DNA of 64,000 nt from Haliotis cracherodii. Taxonomy: Eukaryota. Position 1 is the stretch's first letter. Each line of letters opens with the position of its first letter. Below, piece after piece: positions 27,583 through 39,200 of the stretch. The position numbers and the translations under genes were made by a program. A model generated the notes under the pieces. It saw only the letters and a program-made list of their open reading frames with translations. It made no database searches and had not been told where the DNA came from. Location of the stretch: assembly GCF_022045235.1 (NCBI RefSeq), contig NW_027266319.1, positions 16,926,001 to 16,990,000 of the forward strand, in the 5' to 3' direction.

Positions 27583-28228
27583 GTATGTGTGTTTAAACGT
27601 CTCGGGCGATAATTGAGCGATTTGCTAAGCGTTTGCTTGTGTACCAAGACGTTCCATCAATGCCAAGAGTCGATAACATGCAGGCAGCTGGGATGAAGCT
27701 GGAATGTCGCTGATTGCAGCATCATTTAACGCATGAACAAACCAAACGATTCGTCGTTCACTCACGTGCCAGAAACAACATCAGCTTCGAAGTGGCTGCG
27801 CATGCGTACTATTTGACAAGATTATTTGACATGTACTGAGGTTCAACACGACTTTGTGACTTTAGAATTTGTTTAAGACTCTACAATATTGATTAAAATA
27901 AATATTTGCAGGAGGTGCAAGGTGAAATCCTGTTTGTGGTGTTATCTGATAAGACTGTTTTAAAAGGAGGTTATTAATAAGCCTGAGTTGTTTAAGCCCA
28001 CATTCCTAGAGAGTTCTATGCTGGGTACGGCTATGTACCACAACCAAATTACGTGAGTGAACTAGGATATAGGTGTGTCTCACGTTCAACCATAGAACAA
28101 CAACAGCCACATATCTCCCGAACAAGACAACTCCACATGTGTTACGTTCTTCGTTGGGTAGTAGGCCACAATTCTCACTTAAATGAAAATGTACACTTTG
28201 TAGTAGATTCAAGTCCGCTAAAAGTGTT

Positions 28229-28395
28229 GAGTGAGTGAGTGAGTTTGGCTTTACGCCGCTTTTAGCAATATTCCAGCAATATCACGGCGGGGGACACCAG
28301 AATTGGGCTTCACACATTGTAACCATGTCGGGAATCGAACCCGGGTCTTCGGCGTGACGAGCGAACGCTTTAACCACTAGGCTTCCCGACCGCCC
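28229..28395 (-). mobile_element. SINE family A
   Basis: Near-consensus copy with (GAGT)n tail. Confidence 0.92.
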
Positions 28396-28598
28396 TGTCA
28401 AATGTTGAGATTTCATGTATCGTATAGGTTATTGTATCGCAACCTTACTATCGAGATGGGTTTCGTATTGCTACTAAGTGTATCGTTACAGCCTTAGGAA
28501 ATAGCTTCATGGTTCTGTGGCATGTCATATTGATCTGTGTGGATCGGAGAGTCATTGATGGAACAGTTAATTAACCGCTCTGAATACCTCCGTCTAAT

Positions 28599-28837
28599 GG
28601 GGGCCTTGTGGCCCAGTCGTCTAAGGCGCCGCGATTCGCTGTGCAGAGTGGGTTCGAATCCCGGTTCTCCCCGATTATGTTTCTAGGTTTGTCAGCACCA
28701 TACCCGTGCTCGTGGGTTTCACCAAAGTGATAAACGTCTGAGACCTGATTCACCACGGGCTTTCCTCCCACATTAAACTGACACGCCGCTATATAACTGG
28801 AATACTGTTCAAAGCGGCTTTAAACCCAACTCTCTCA
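28599..28837 (+). mobile_element. SINE family C with internal deletion in the head
   Basis: Lacks about 38 nt between the A and B boxes; CTCCGTCT on both flanks. Confidence 0.88.
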
Positions 28838-29090
28838 CTCCGTCTGCTGATGGAGGAGTATGCCGCTAATGTTAAGGGGATATGAGGCTTCTTCCAGGGA
28901 GAAGCGTGATGTGGCCTTGTGTCAGCAGCAGCATCTTGAGGTGATAGTGTGTGTAACTTGCTGTGTGTTCCCTCAGTTAGGGTGTAATTTCATAGTAATG
29001 AAGGCCCAACGAGTCGTAAATTGCGTTCACTTAATTCCTATATTATATGAGTACATTGAACATGGCATACTTATGATTATACATGGGAAC

Positions 29091-29220
29091 NNNNNNNNNN
29101 NNNNNNNNNNNNNNNNNNNNNNNNNNNNNNNNNNNNNNNNNNNNNNNNNNNNNNNNNNNNNNNNNNNNNNNNNNNNNNNNNNNNNNNNNNNNNNNNNNNN
29201 NNNNNNNNNNNNNNNNNNNN
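29091..29220. other. Assembly gap (130 N)
   Basis: Run of N. Confidence 1.
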
Positions 29221-29645
29221 TAAGGTGTTTGTGTTATGATCTCATATAATGCTTTGGACCTGTCCCTGGTAATCGGTAATGGTCATGAGGATGTGTTGTA
29301 TTTTATTAAGGCATTATTACTCACTGACCTCGAAATCAGCATGGCATCACGGAGAAGGCCGTTATCCCTCATTTTAACAATCATGCGTTGGCCACTAGAC
29401 TTGTATTCGTGGATGGTAATGCTTGTCATCACAGATGACGTGCTGTTCTGGGATGCTTACGTCAGAATGCCACCAAGACACCTCCTTGGCTAGTAAGAAG
29501 TCTAGGTGTTTATCCAAGAGATTTGTATGACATTTTGTCAAGTGCAACGTCTGATTCACGGAATGAGGAGGCGTCTGGCGGCAGTGGTTCGTGTGCAGGG
29601 TGGTTACACCAAGTATTGACGACGACTGTGTTTCTTGCATCTACT

Positions 29646-29810
29646 AGGCAGTCGGGTAGCCTAGTGGTTAAAGCGTTCGCTCGTCACGCCGAAGACCCGG
29701 GTTCGATTCCCGACATGGGTACAATGTGTGAAGCCCATTTCTGGTTTCCCCCGCCGTGATATTGCTGGAATATTGCTAAAAGAGGCGTAAAAACATACTC
29801 ACTCACTCAC
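29646..29810 (+). mobile_element. SINE family A
   Basis: TSD TCTTGCATCTACT at 29633-29645 and 29811-29823. Confidence 0.93.
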
Positions 29811-30217
29811 TCTTGCATCTACTGACATGGTTTAGGATTCCTGTGATAGAGACTAGTTTGAAGCAGTTCAGTATTTATTGTTCGGGAAGAGTAATTTCAC
29901 CTTTGATTTTGGTGATTAAAACGTCTTTCTCCAAAATGCCAGCCATTCAGAATAAATGTCATTGTTGGAATTCAAATCCTTGTTTTCTTCATCAGTGATG
30001 GCTCTGGTTAGCGGTAATCATCAAAGGATACTGAAATCTCGAAGGCATTTTGTACAAGACCGCAAGTAAATTAATTCATTATGATAATATGGATGGTGCT
30101 TATTTTATTTCTATGTGTATACATACACTAGGTCATCATGTGTGACATGTTTGCCTCACCAGGTGTGCATGGGTGCAGTCAGTGACGGGCATGGTCTATC
30201 TGTATGCAATTTGCCAA

Positions 30218-30493
30218 GAGTGAGTCAGTTGGGTGTAACGCGGCTTTTAACAGTACTACAGTCATATCGTGGCGTGTCAGCTTAATGTGGGAGGAAAGTC
30301 CGAAGTGACGCAGGTCTCAGACGTTTACCACTTCGGTGAAACAATCTAGCACGGGTATGGTGCTGACAAACCTAGAAACATAATCGGAGCAAACCGGCTC
30401 GAACCCACGACCATAGGTTTCTGGCGTATCCAACGGACGCCATTCTGCACAGCGAATCGCGGCGCCTTAGACGACTGGACCACCCGTGCCCCC
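30218..30493 (-). mobile_element. SINE family C (diverged)
   Basis: Full-length alignment to family C. Confidence 0.88.
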
Positions 30494-31013
30494 TCATTTT
30501 GTCAAGAACAAGAAATGAGTAGGGACATTCACTTAACTGACGACCCAACATCTTAAACAAGATTCTTTGAGAAATATTGCTCGCAACAATTTAATCTCGT
30601 TTCGAACAATAAATGTCGGATGCAAATATATTCAAAATCCAAAGTTATATAGATAAGGGTACGTGTCCCTGTGACCTTCACCCGGTCATCTGCACTCGGC
30701 CGATTTTCTAACCCGGATCTGACCTATAAACATCCCAAACGCCCTCCACTCCAGATACGCCTTGTGTGGTCCCATTGCTGGTGTACTGTACATTCTTGTC
30801 TATTGCTGGGCAGTCTACTACAGTATCGATGTTCTGTTGGTCACGATCTGCGCTGTCTTATCTGTGACATTGGGTATAACATCCTGGAAGGTTCATGTCA
30901 CGTGTGACTGACGTGATGTGGACACTGAGACAATGACGACTATTTCAATCGTCCTCGTTGTGTAAGTGCATCGTTTGGCGTACCTTCAGTCTGACCTGAC
31001 CTTAACCTGTCCC

Positions 31014-31178
31014 GGGGCGGTCGGGTAGCCTAGTGGTTAAAGCGTTCGCTCGTCACGCCGAAGACCCGGGTTCGATTCCCGACATGGGTACAATGTGTGA
31101 AGCCCATTTCTGGTGTCCCCCGCCGTGATATTGCTGGAACATTGCTAAAAGCGGCGTAAAACCATACTCACTCACTCA
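31014..31178 (+). mobile_element. SINE family A (consensus-like, young)
   Basis: tRNA-Asp-like head (TAGTGGTTAA...CGTCACG...GGTTCGATTCCC); TSD CTTAACCTGTCCC at 31001-31013 and 31179-31191. Confidence 0.95.
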
Positions 31179-31346
31179 CTTAACCTGTCCCGGCGGCTCC
31201 CCGCTTAAACAACACAGAGTGGCCAGTTTAACGGCTCACTGTGGGTATCGAGGTCCATCTCACCATGTCTATGTACAGTTATATAGTTATAACCCCAGGC
31301 CATGCCTGTGTACAGTTATATGTCCTATATCCCTCTATGCATTGAT

Positions 31347-31490
31347 GCATGTCAATGTATCCCAATTGTGTGGATCGATGCTCATGATGTGAATCACTGG
31401 ATTGTCTGGTCGAGACCCGCTATTTTCAGACCGCTGGAGTATTAATGAGAGCGGCGTTAAACAACAAACACACAAACACACAAACCAACA
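31347..31490 (+). mobile_element. Retroposon family D, 3' fragment
   Basis: ATCACTGGATTGTCTGGT...GCGGCGTTAAACAACAAAC. Confidence 0.75.
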
Positions 31491-31769
31491 AGTAAAAAAA
31501 GTAAAGTACAACACCTCAATGTGTCTACTATTCTATAAAGGGAAGAAATGCATACGTATGTTTACTTATTTATAAACTGATACAGAAACGGAGGAACCTG
31601 TCCTATCTATTTGAAAATGCTTCACTGTTCATTGTGTTAAGGGCTGTGGGCTGTGGGTGTTGGTTGGGCGATGGTTTTAGTCTAGTGGTGAAATTGTTCG
31701 TCCGTCACGCCGATGATCAGGTTTCGATTCCTCAGATAAATTACAGTTTGTCAACAAACATCAAACATC

Positions 31770-32025
31770 CATGTCTGTGTAAAGTTATATATCCTATACC
31801 ACTCTAGGCAATGTCTGTGTACAGTTTTATATCCTATACCACTCTAGGCAATGTCTATGTACAATTATATAGCCTACACCCCTACTGGCTATATCTGTGT
31901 ACATATCATATACCGCTCTAGGCAATGTCTGTGTACAGTTATATATCCTATACCCCTCTAGGCAACGTCTGTGTACAGTTATATATCCTATACCCCTCTA
32001 GGCAACGTCTGTGTACAGTTATTTA
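31770..32025. repeat. 40-bp tandem repeat (two more units at about 31263-31340)
   Basis: CTCTAGGCAATGTCTGTGTACAGTTATATATCCTATACCC. Confidence 0.88.
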
Positions 32026-32888
32026 TCATATAATGGGTAGGTTTTTCGGCAGGATAAAGCCAACGGATAAAAACGATATCCGTTGTGGTCATATGCGGAT
32101 AGAGATGCAAATATCAAAGGTCAAGTAGGGACTACTTTCACTGTTTATAAACAAACATGGCGTCGCCCTCGTCATTCAGCGATTGAGTCAGAATTATTCA
32201 TCGGGAATCTGGATAAACTACAGGGATAAATGCTATCATCATCAAAAGAACAGTCTAATATACTGAAAATCATAGTCTAAATGTGACGTAGCTAAGGCAT
32301 TTTTTAATATTTGGCAACTTTGGCGATATAAATTTCGAAACAATTTTACGAGGGCACGAGGCCTAGCCAAGCGGGATCAGTAGCCATATCTGTGCTTGTA
32401 GACCTCTGCGGCTTGAAACCTTCTCCACAAATTAAAATAGTTGGATTTGGCCGAAATATGTTTGAATTGTTACATTGTTTCATTTTGTCGCTGTGTGTAC
32501 ATCTGACTACACTTCTTAACGTTATGACAAGACAGACTGACTGTCAACAACGTCTGACCGTGGTCGTGACGTCTCATAGACTAGGGTTAGAGTAGCTTCC
32601 CTTTGACAAAGGGCAGTTACTCTAGCCGACAGACCGATGTATTGCCGCGAAAGGCAATTAAAAACAATTGATGTTTTGCGTATATGTTGCTTCGACACTG
32701 TATAAGAAACAGATTTCAGTTGGAACTATATTGGCTACTGTCACTGTCCGACTGACACATCACTTACCCTGTGACGTAATAAATATTAATGCGGGCATTC
32801 CAGGAAAACTCGCAATGTTTCGGTAATGTTTGTGAGAGAGGGGAAGCGATTTTGAAGCACAGAATTAAAGAATGACATTATATGATAA

Positions 32889-33040
32889 AGAGGTTATCAC
32901 GCTTGTGTGTTTGGGGATGGTAAATATCCTTTATTAGGAATAAACACTATGTATTTAGCTCGCCAAGGCTCGCTAAATACAATGTTTATTCCTAATGCAG
33001 GATATTTACCATCCCCAAACACACTCGCGTGATAACCTCT
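32889..33040. mobile_element. Near-perfect 152-bp hairpin (foldback end of a non-autonomous DNA element)
   Basis: About 70-bp arms AGAGGTTATCACG...ATTTAGC / GCTAAAT...CGTGATAACCTCT around TCGCCAAGGCTC. Confidence 0.7.
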
Positions 33041-33221
33041 ATATATCCTTAACACCCTTATACAATATATGTGTTCATCTTTATGTCCTTTTGTCATCTA
33101 GCCAATGCTCACGTGCAGATATATACCCTTAACGCACTGTATAGCTATAGTGGGTATAAAGGCTCACAATAATCATCAAAGATCAAGGTAACCAGAAACG
33201 TGCCACCTTTATCGGCAGATG

Positions 33222-33452
33222 AGTTTGGTTTGTTTAAGTTGTTTCACGCCGCACACTATTCCAGCTATTTGACGGTGGTTTGTAAATAATCGAGTCTAGA
33301 TCAGACAATCGAGTGATTGTCCTCATAACTATCCATCTGCGCAAATCATGACATTGCAACAACCAAATCACCAAACCAAACCGTCCCGTTAGTTGCTTCT
33401 TACGACAGGCTTAGGTTGTTGAAGATAAATTCTAACCCGGAATTTTCACGGG
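33222..33452 (-). mobile_element. Retroposon family D (diverged)
   Basis: GTAAATAATCGAGTCTAGA...TCTTACGACAGGC...CACGGG. Confidence 0.75.
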
Positions 33453-33632
33453 GAGTGAGAGAAAGCTCCAGTGGTATGTTGTGGTTTGGTGCTAGACATT
33501 ACATCGTAGCAAGACACTTTGGTAGCACTCGGCAGACACTGGGCAGACACAGGGCCATGTGTCACCATACCCAACGAAATTCGTCATTTGTCGAAGTGTT
33601 GCAGGTCTTAGACGTCTACCACTTTAGTGGTA

Positions 33633-33961
33633 AGGTGAAATGGAGTTTAACGTCGCGTCAAAGATTATTGCACTTATATAGCGACGTGCATGCACGTGTG
33701 TGTGTGGCTGCCTGTACTAGTCCGGCCTGATGCCGATTTATAGTGCTAGCACACTGAGATACCATGCCGCAGTTTAACATGAATACCCCTCTCAGACACA
33801 GTATACTGACTCCGAGCCGACCAGTCCTTTTTTTAGCCCCTTAATGCTGAGCGCCAGACAGGGTAACAACAAGTGCCATCTTTTAACGTCTTTTGGTATG
33901 ACGAGGCCGGGGATCGAACCCCGGACCTTCTGCCCCGGGCGGACGCTCTACCGCTAGACCA
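33633..33961 (-). mobile_element. SINE family B
   Basis: Highly similar to 11248-11600. Confidence 0.9.
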
Positions 33962-35832
33962 CAATGACACTACGATATAGATAGAGCCAGTTTAGATAAT
34001 ATTGAGTAATCAGTCATCTGATATCTCCGTCACTGTGGAGAACACACCTGAGAAGTGTTGGGGTGTACGGTCCTGAGCAGCAGTTGGATACAGTGGAGAC
34101 AGCACTTTAAGGTGAGATATCCACCAAGATCAATTACCGATGACTTTTTCCTTGGTGGCGGAGAACCGATCGAGTTTGATTCAAGTAATTGTAAAACATC
34201 CTTACTTATGTACTAACTGAAATGTATCGATGTCTTAACGAACAGACACAGGAACTGAGTCACAGTTTTCCCAGAGAAAACCCACCACCTCTAGTATTCC
34301 CAAAGGACAGCGTTATGTGGCAGTATATATTGGAAATTGATTCCTGATGATGTTTGTGGCAGCAATGATCTCCTCGGCAGCAGAGCTCACTATACCGGAG
34401 GGAGTTCGGGAACTCTGGTGTGGAGTTTGGACTATACACAGCTAAGGGAAGTCACACTATTTTAAGAGCTGGCGCGGGCAAATCATTAAATAAATTACTT
34501 GCCACAACAGCTAACGACATTCTATGAGTGTTTGACTTGCTGCCACTAACAGTGATCAGAAATAAAATTACAATACATACTATTACATAGTAACAGGCAC
34601 TAACTACAACAGGTAGACCTAAACTAGGCACAGTTGTGAAACCCAAAGATGTTGTCCTGAGGGAATCACGGCGAATCAGTGGATCCTGGCACTGCATTAA
34701 TTGTACTAAGGCCAGTGGACCACCCGTATTCTCTGGAATAACAAATGGACGCTGGTATTACATCGTATATACTTAATAATATATGATAAAAGTTGTAGCA
34801 GAACCTAGACAAAGGATAACATGACTCATCAAACAAGATTCACCAACAGCCTGTTTCACATGTGAAGCAACCAGTGACAAACACAAAACCATATTAAAGC
34901 GTTGTTTGTATACGATTGGCTGAAAATAGTTCATTGTGCTCTGAGGGCGATGAACAGTGTGACAGTGTACCTGCGAGGTCTGGAACAGACTCAGGCTGTG
35001 AACTAGCTGTTTTCATACTGCACAGCTGATCTGACACGTTGAGCTTTCCAGTGCAGTCCGACTTAGCGCACCAAGCATGGGGTAATCGCTATACAATACG
35101 CGAAGTACCAAGCATTGGAAGACATTTATTAGTTTGAGTAAATAAAAAAAATCATTCATCAACACTTTTAGCTGTTGCAATCTTGTAATTCGGGGTACTG
35201 TGTGCCTTTGCGGCATGGCTTTGTACTAGCCGAGTGATAAATGGGTTGAGGTCGGTAGAAACCGGGCATTCAACGCGACGAGAGAACACTTTAACTACTA
35301 GGGTCTTAAGTTACCAATTCAATAAGAACACTTACATTTTCTAAACTAAATGCTATCTGTCGATGCAGACATACTTTATTTCAATGCAAATAACCGGAAT
35401 TTTGTTCAATGTACTGACATTTAAATATTCTTGAACGAAATGTTGGGTGTCCCTCAAAGATGGCCCAGTCAACACTGATATATCTATATAGGTATAAAGG
35501 CGTTCCTACCCTCAAACAACCACCCCTGCAACCATGGTATTCCGTCCTCCCCATACCCGTTATCTGGCGCTGTCAAGATCGACCCGCACAGTAGAAGAAA
35601 GAGTCATTGGGGTGGGAACGGAGCCAGAACCGTCCACAGCTTTAAAGCCTCATATCTAAAAAAAACCATTCTGCCATTGTTATTACATTCTATTATTATA
35701 ATAACGCTCTTATCTTTAGGATATAAGGCAGAGCACGGCGTTACTGTCTTAGAAGCTCTGCGCTGAAGACTATATTCTCCATCTTCATCGATTGATTTTC
35801 CGATCAGCTGTTGGCACCGCGGGTAATCCACG

Positions 35833-36262
35833 ATGAGCGACTCAAAAGCTGGTTCTGTGACCAGCATCTCTGACGGCCGCGTGGACTCCATGGCAGAGAT
35901 GGTGAAAGACGATGCCCCAAGGGAGGGGCAGGGAAGCAGGTTCTATGTGTACTTCTTGTCGTGTTTCGCCACCCTAGGTGGGTTCCTTTTCGGGTACGAC
36001 ACAGGGATAGTATCCGGATCTATGCTGTTGATTAACCCATACTTTAGCTTAACAACGGTATGGACAGAAGCCATCGTCAGTGCAACCATCGCCGCTGCGG
36101 CGTTCTTCTCCATCGTGGCCGGAGTTTCCACGGACTTTCTTGGCCGAAAGAAGACCATTATGTTGGCGAGTTTTGTGTTCTCCATTGGTGCCGTTGTGAT
36201 GGGCGCGGCCAGGGGGAAGGAAGTGCTGTTGGTTGGCAGGATCATCGTTGGTATGGGTATAG
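35833..36262 (+). CDS. SLC2A13: SLC2A13-like coding exon 1
   Basis: MSDSKAG...[10 protein letters not shown]...[10 protein letters not shown]|gtaagt. Confidence 0.93.
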
Positions 36263-39200
36263 GTAAGTGTTTTCATCTGTTACGTAACTTTGTGTACAAG
36301 AAAGAAATGTATGCGATCCAAAACGAAAAAATGACGTTAACTGTCAAACAAAAGTTATTACACATTGGTATTAAATGTACCCTTCGACCCAGACATTAAT
36401 TATATTTGCCTTAATTTTAAGGTAATCCTGTGTTAATTAAGCTTGCTAAGGGAGGTGCAACCCGGGGTTTTGTCCATGGCTGACAATACTTTGCCTGTGG
36501 ACTTTCTCTTTCTGGGTGTAATATGATTATGTCGTCATGCCAGATTAAGGAGGTTACAAATAGGAGAATCCTACATTCGCTATATACTATTCGGGTGTTA
36601 ATATACCAAAAGCTATTATGTATAATATTTGGCTATTAATATACCAAATGATGCATAATATAACAGTACAACACATAAACAAATGACGCATAATATGACA
36701 ATACAGCACAGACAACTGACGTATAATATGAAAATACAACACAGACAAATGACGTATAATATGACAATACAACACAGACAAATGACGTATAATATGACAA
36801 TACAACACAGACAAATGACGTATAATATGACAATACAACACAGACAAATGACGCATAATATGACAATACAACACAGACAAATGGCGTATAATATGACAAT
36901 ACAGCACAGACAAATGACGTATAACATGACAATACAACACTGGCAAATGACGTACAACATGACAATACAACACTGGCAAATGACGTACAGCATGACAATA
37001 CAACACTGACAAATAACGTATAATATGACAATACAACACATACAAGTGACGTATAATATGACAATACAACACAGACAAATGACGCATAATATGACAATAC
37101 AGCACAGACAAATGACGTACAACATGACAATACAACACTGGCAAATGACAACGCAGGTAACATGCCGTTGTGGTACAAACATAGACCTATAGGGACGTAT
37201 AACATGACGATAAAACATAATTATTATGTCATATGATATGACGAGACAACACAAACCAATAACAGCACAGGGATATCACACACAGCGATGCAAACATGAC
37301 AAAACAGCACAAATAATCATATATACAGCGATGAAACAACAATAGCATGACGAAGCAAAGGAATCTATGCCATATGTCATATTCATCATATTTTATGGAG
37401 AATGTGTTTTCATGTCAACTGTATAATTATAGACGATGTACACTTTTGACTGTGTAATCATACAGAGGTCTGAAGTGATGTGTCTGACAATCCAGATTGT
37501 TTGGTGAGCGATCTGCAATCAGGGGAGACGTAATGTTGTATATGAATACTGTCAACATTATAATTGTTACCAATAACATTTCCGAAACTAAATAAAAAGA
37601 CCGCCTTACTGTACATCAGCAACAGATTAGAGATCCAAATGTTTTGACATATTGATCGCTGTGGAAATGGAAACGTTTTTCTATTTACAAACTTAACAGG
37701 TGACAAATCCATTTGCTCACAGAAAAAGAGGATATTCATGTTTCAATCAATAATAAACTTAATAACTATTTCATGATATCATGTTGCACCTAATGAACGT
37801 ATCGGTTACTGAATGGCAGCTTAATATTGATTCCGGGGGCACGGGTGGCCCAGCCGTCTAAAGCGCCGCGATTCGCTGTGCAGTTGTGCTTCCCTTGGAC
37901 ACGCCAGAAACCTATGATTGTGGGTTCGATTGTTCCCTATTTTAACTGATAGCGACCTGTCTTGCAGGAAGCTGTCTATGAAGTTTGCCATGTTCCCTTC
38001 TACTCCCTGACTACAATGAGTTAAAGTCAATGTAATTTGTAAGATATTTTTTTATTAGTTTAAACAATATTTATTTCTTCTTTGCATATATAAAACAACA
38101 TTTTGAATTTTTGGAATCGATGACAATTTATTACCGGTATTATCTACACCGGGATAGATTTTGGGAACTCTCAGATTATACCCCCTTGGGGTAGATTCTG
38201 GGAAGGGGGGTAGATTCTGGGATATGAATGTTTTAAAACTAATTAGATGTGTACTGAATAGGCATTTATGTAAACTTAATCGGATGACAATGTTGTTACA
38301 GCAATTGACCAGGAGAGATCAAGACTGAGTTAGATGCATACCCCAAAAGAAAACTTCAAGTACATTCAAGAAATAAAAATGCTTAAATTAAATAGGGCTG
38401 CAGTAGATTCTTGGAGCTCCTAGATTATAGCTATAACCCGGGGTAGATTCTGGGAGGAGCTCCCAGATTATACCCCGGGGTAGATTCCGGGAAAGGGGGG
38501 TAGATTCTGGGAAGTCCCCAAAATCTACCCCGGGGTAGATTCTTAGAGCTCCCAGAATCTACCCGGGTATATTCTGAAGGGGGTAGATTTTGGCACCTTA
38601 CACCGGTTCGCACCGATCATGTTTCTAGGTTTGTCAGCACCATACCCGTGCTCGTGGGTTTCACCGAAGTGGTAAACGTCTGAGACCTGCATCACTTCGG
38701 GCTTTCCTCCCACATTAAGCTGACACGCCGTGATATAACTGGAATAATGTTAAAAGCGGCGTTAAACCAAACTGACTCACTCACTAATATTGATTCATGT
38801 ACACGGTGTATACAGAGATTAACTACACGAATGGCTGGCTCAAGTGAAGTAATCTCTTTCCTTCACACCCTAACATTGCACCATTTTGTCTTTTCTCATG
38901 ATCGCAGTGGCGCATTAATGCATAACACAGCGGTCATGAGTGACGTTATTAGGCTTACTGTTCACTACGCATACCTAAAATGGCCCTCCACACAAAACTT
39001 TTCAGTTATATCCGAAGAGTGTCAGGGCGACGATGACAGTGCGAACTCGAAAACGTCAAAGATCATTCTCTGAAACCATACAGATTCGACATAGACATTG
39101 GTGAATTCGACTACCAATGCAGCAGAAACTTCTCAATAAATTACTCTGTGGGAAAGGAAAATAGTCCGTCATAATCTGACCTTATGACATCACCATGGTG

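Noticed and set aside
27655-27740. Possible Tc1 N-terminus (MPRV...AAGM)
   Set aside because: Too short and degraded; no DDE motifs or TIRs identified.
29221-29990. Possible LINE endonuclease relic on the minus strand (GGVLVAF)
   Set aside because: Only one weak motif, adjacent to the assembly gap; needs a BLASTX/HMM search.
31014-31090. tRNA-Asp gene
   Set aside because: A/B boxes and a GTC loop are present, but the acceptor stem is poor and it continues into a SINE body, tail and TSD; multi-copy.
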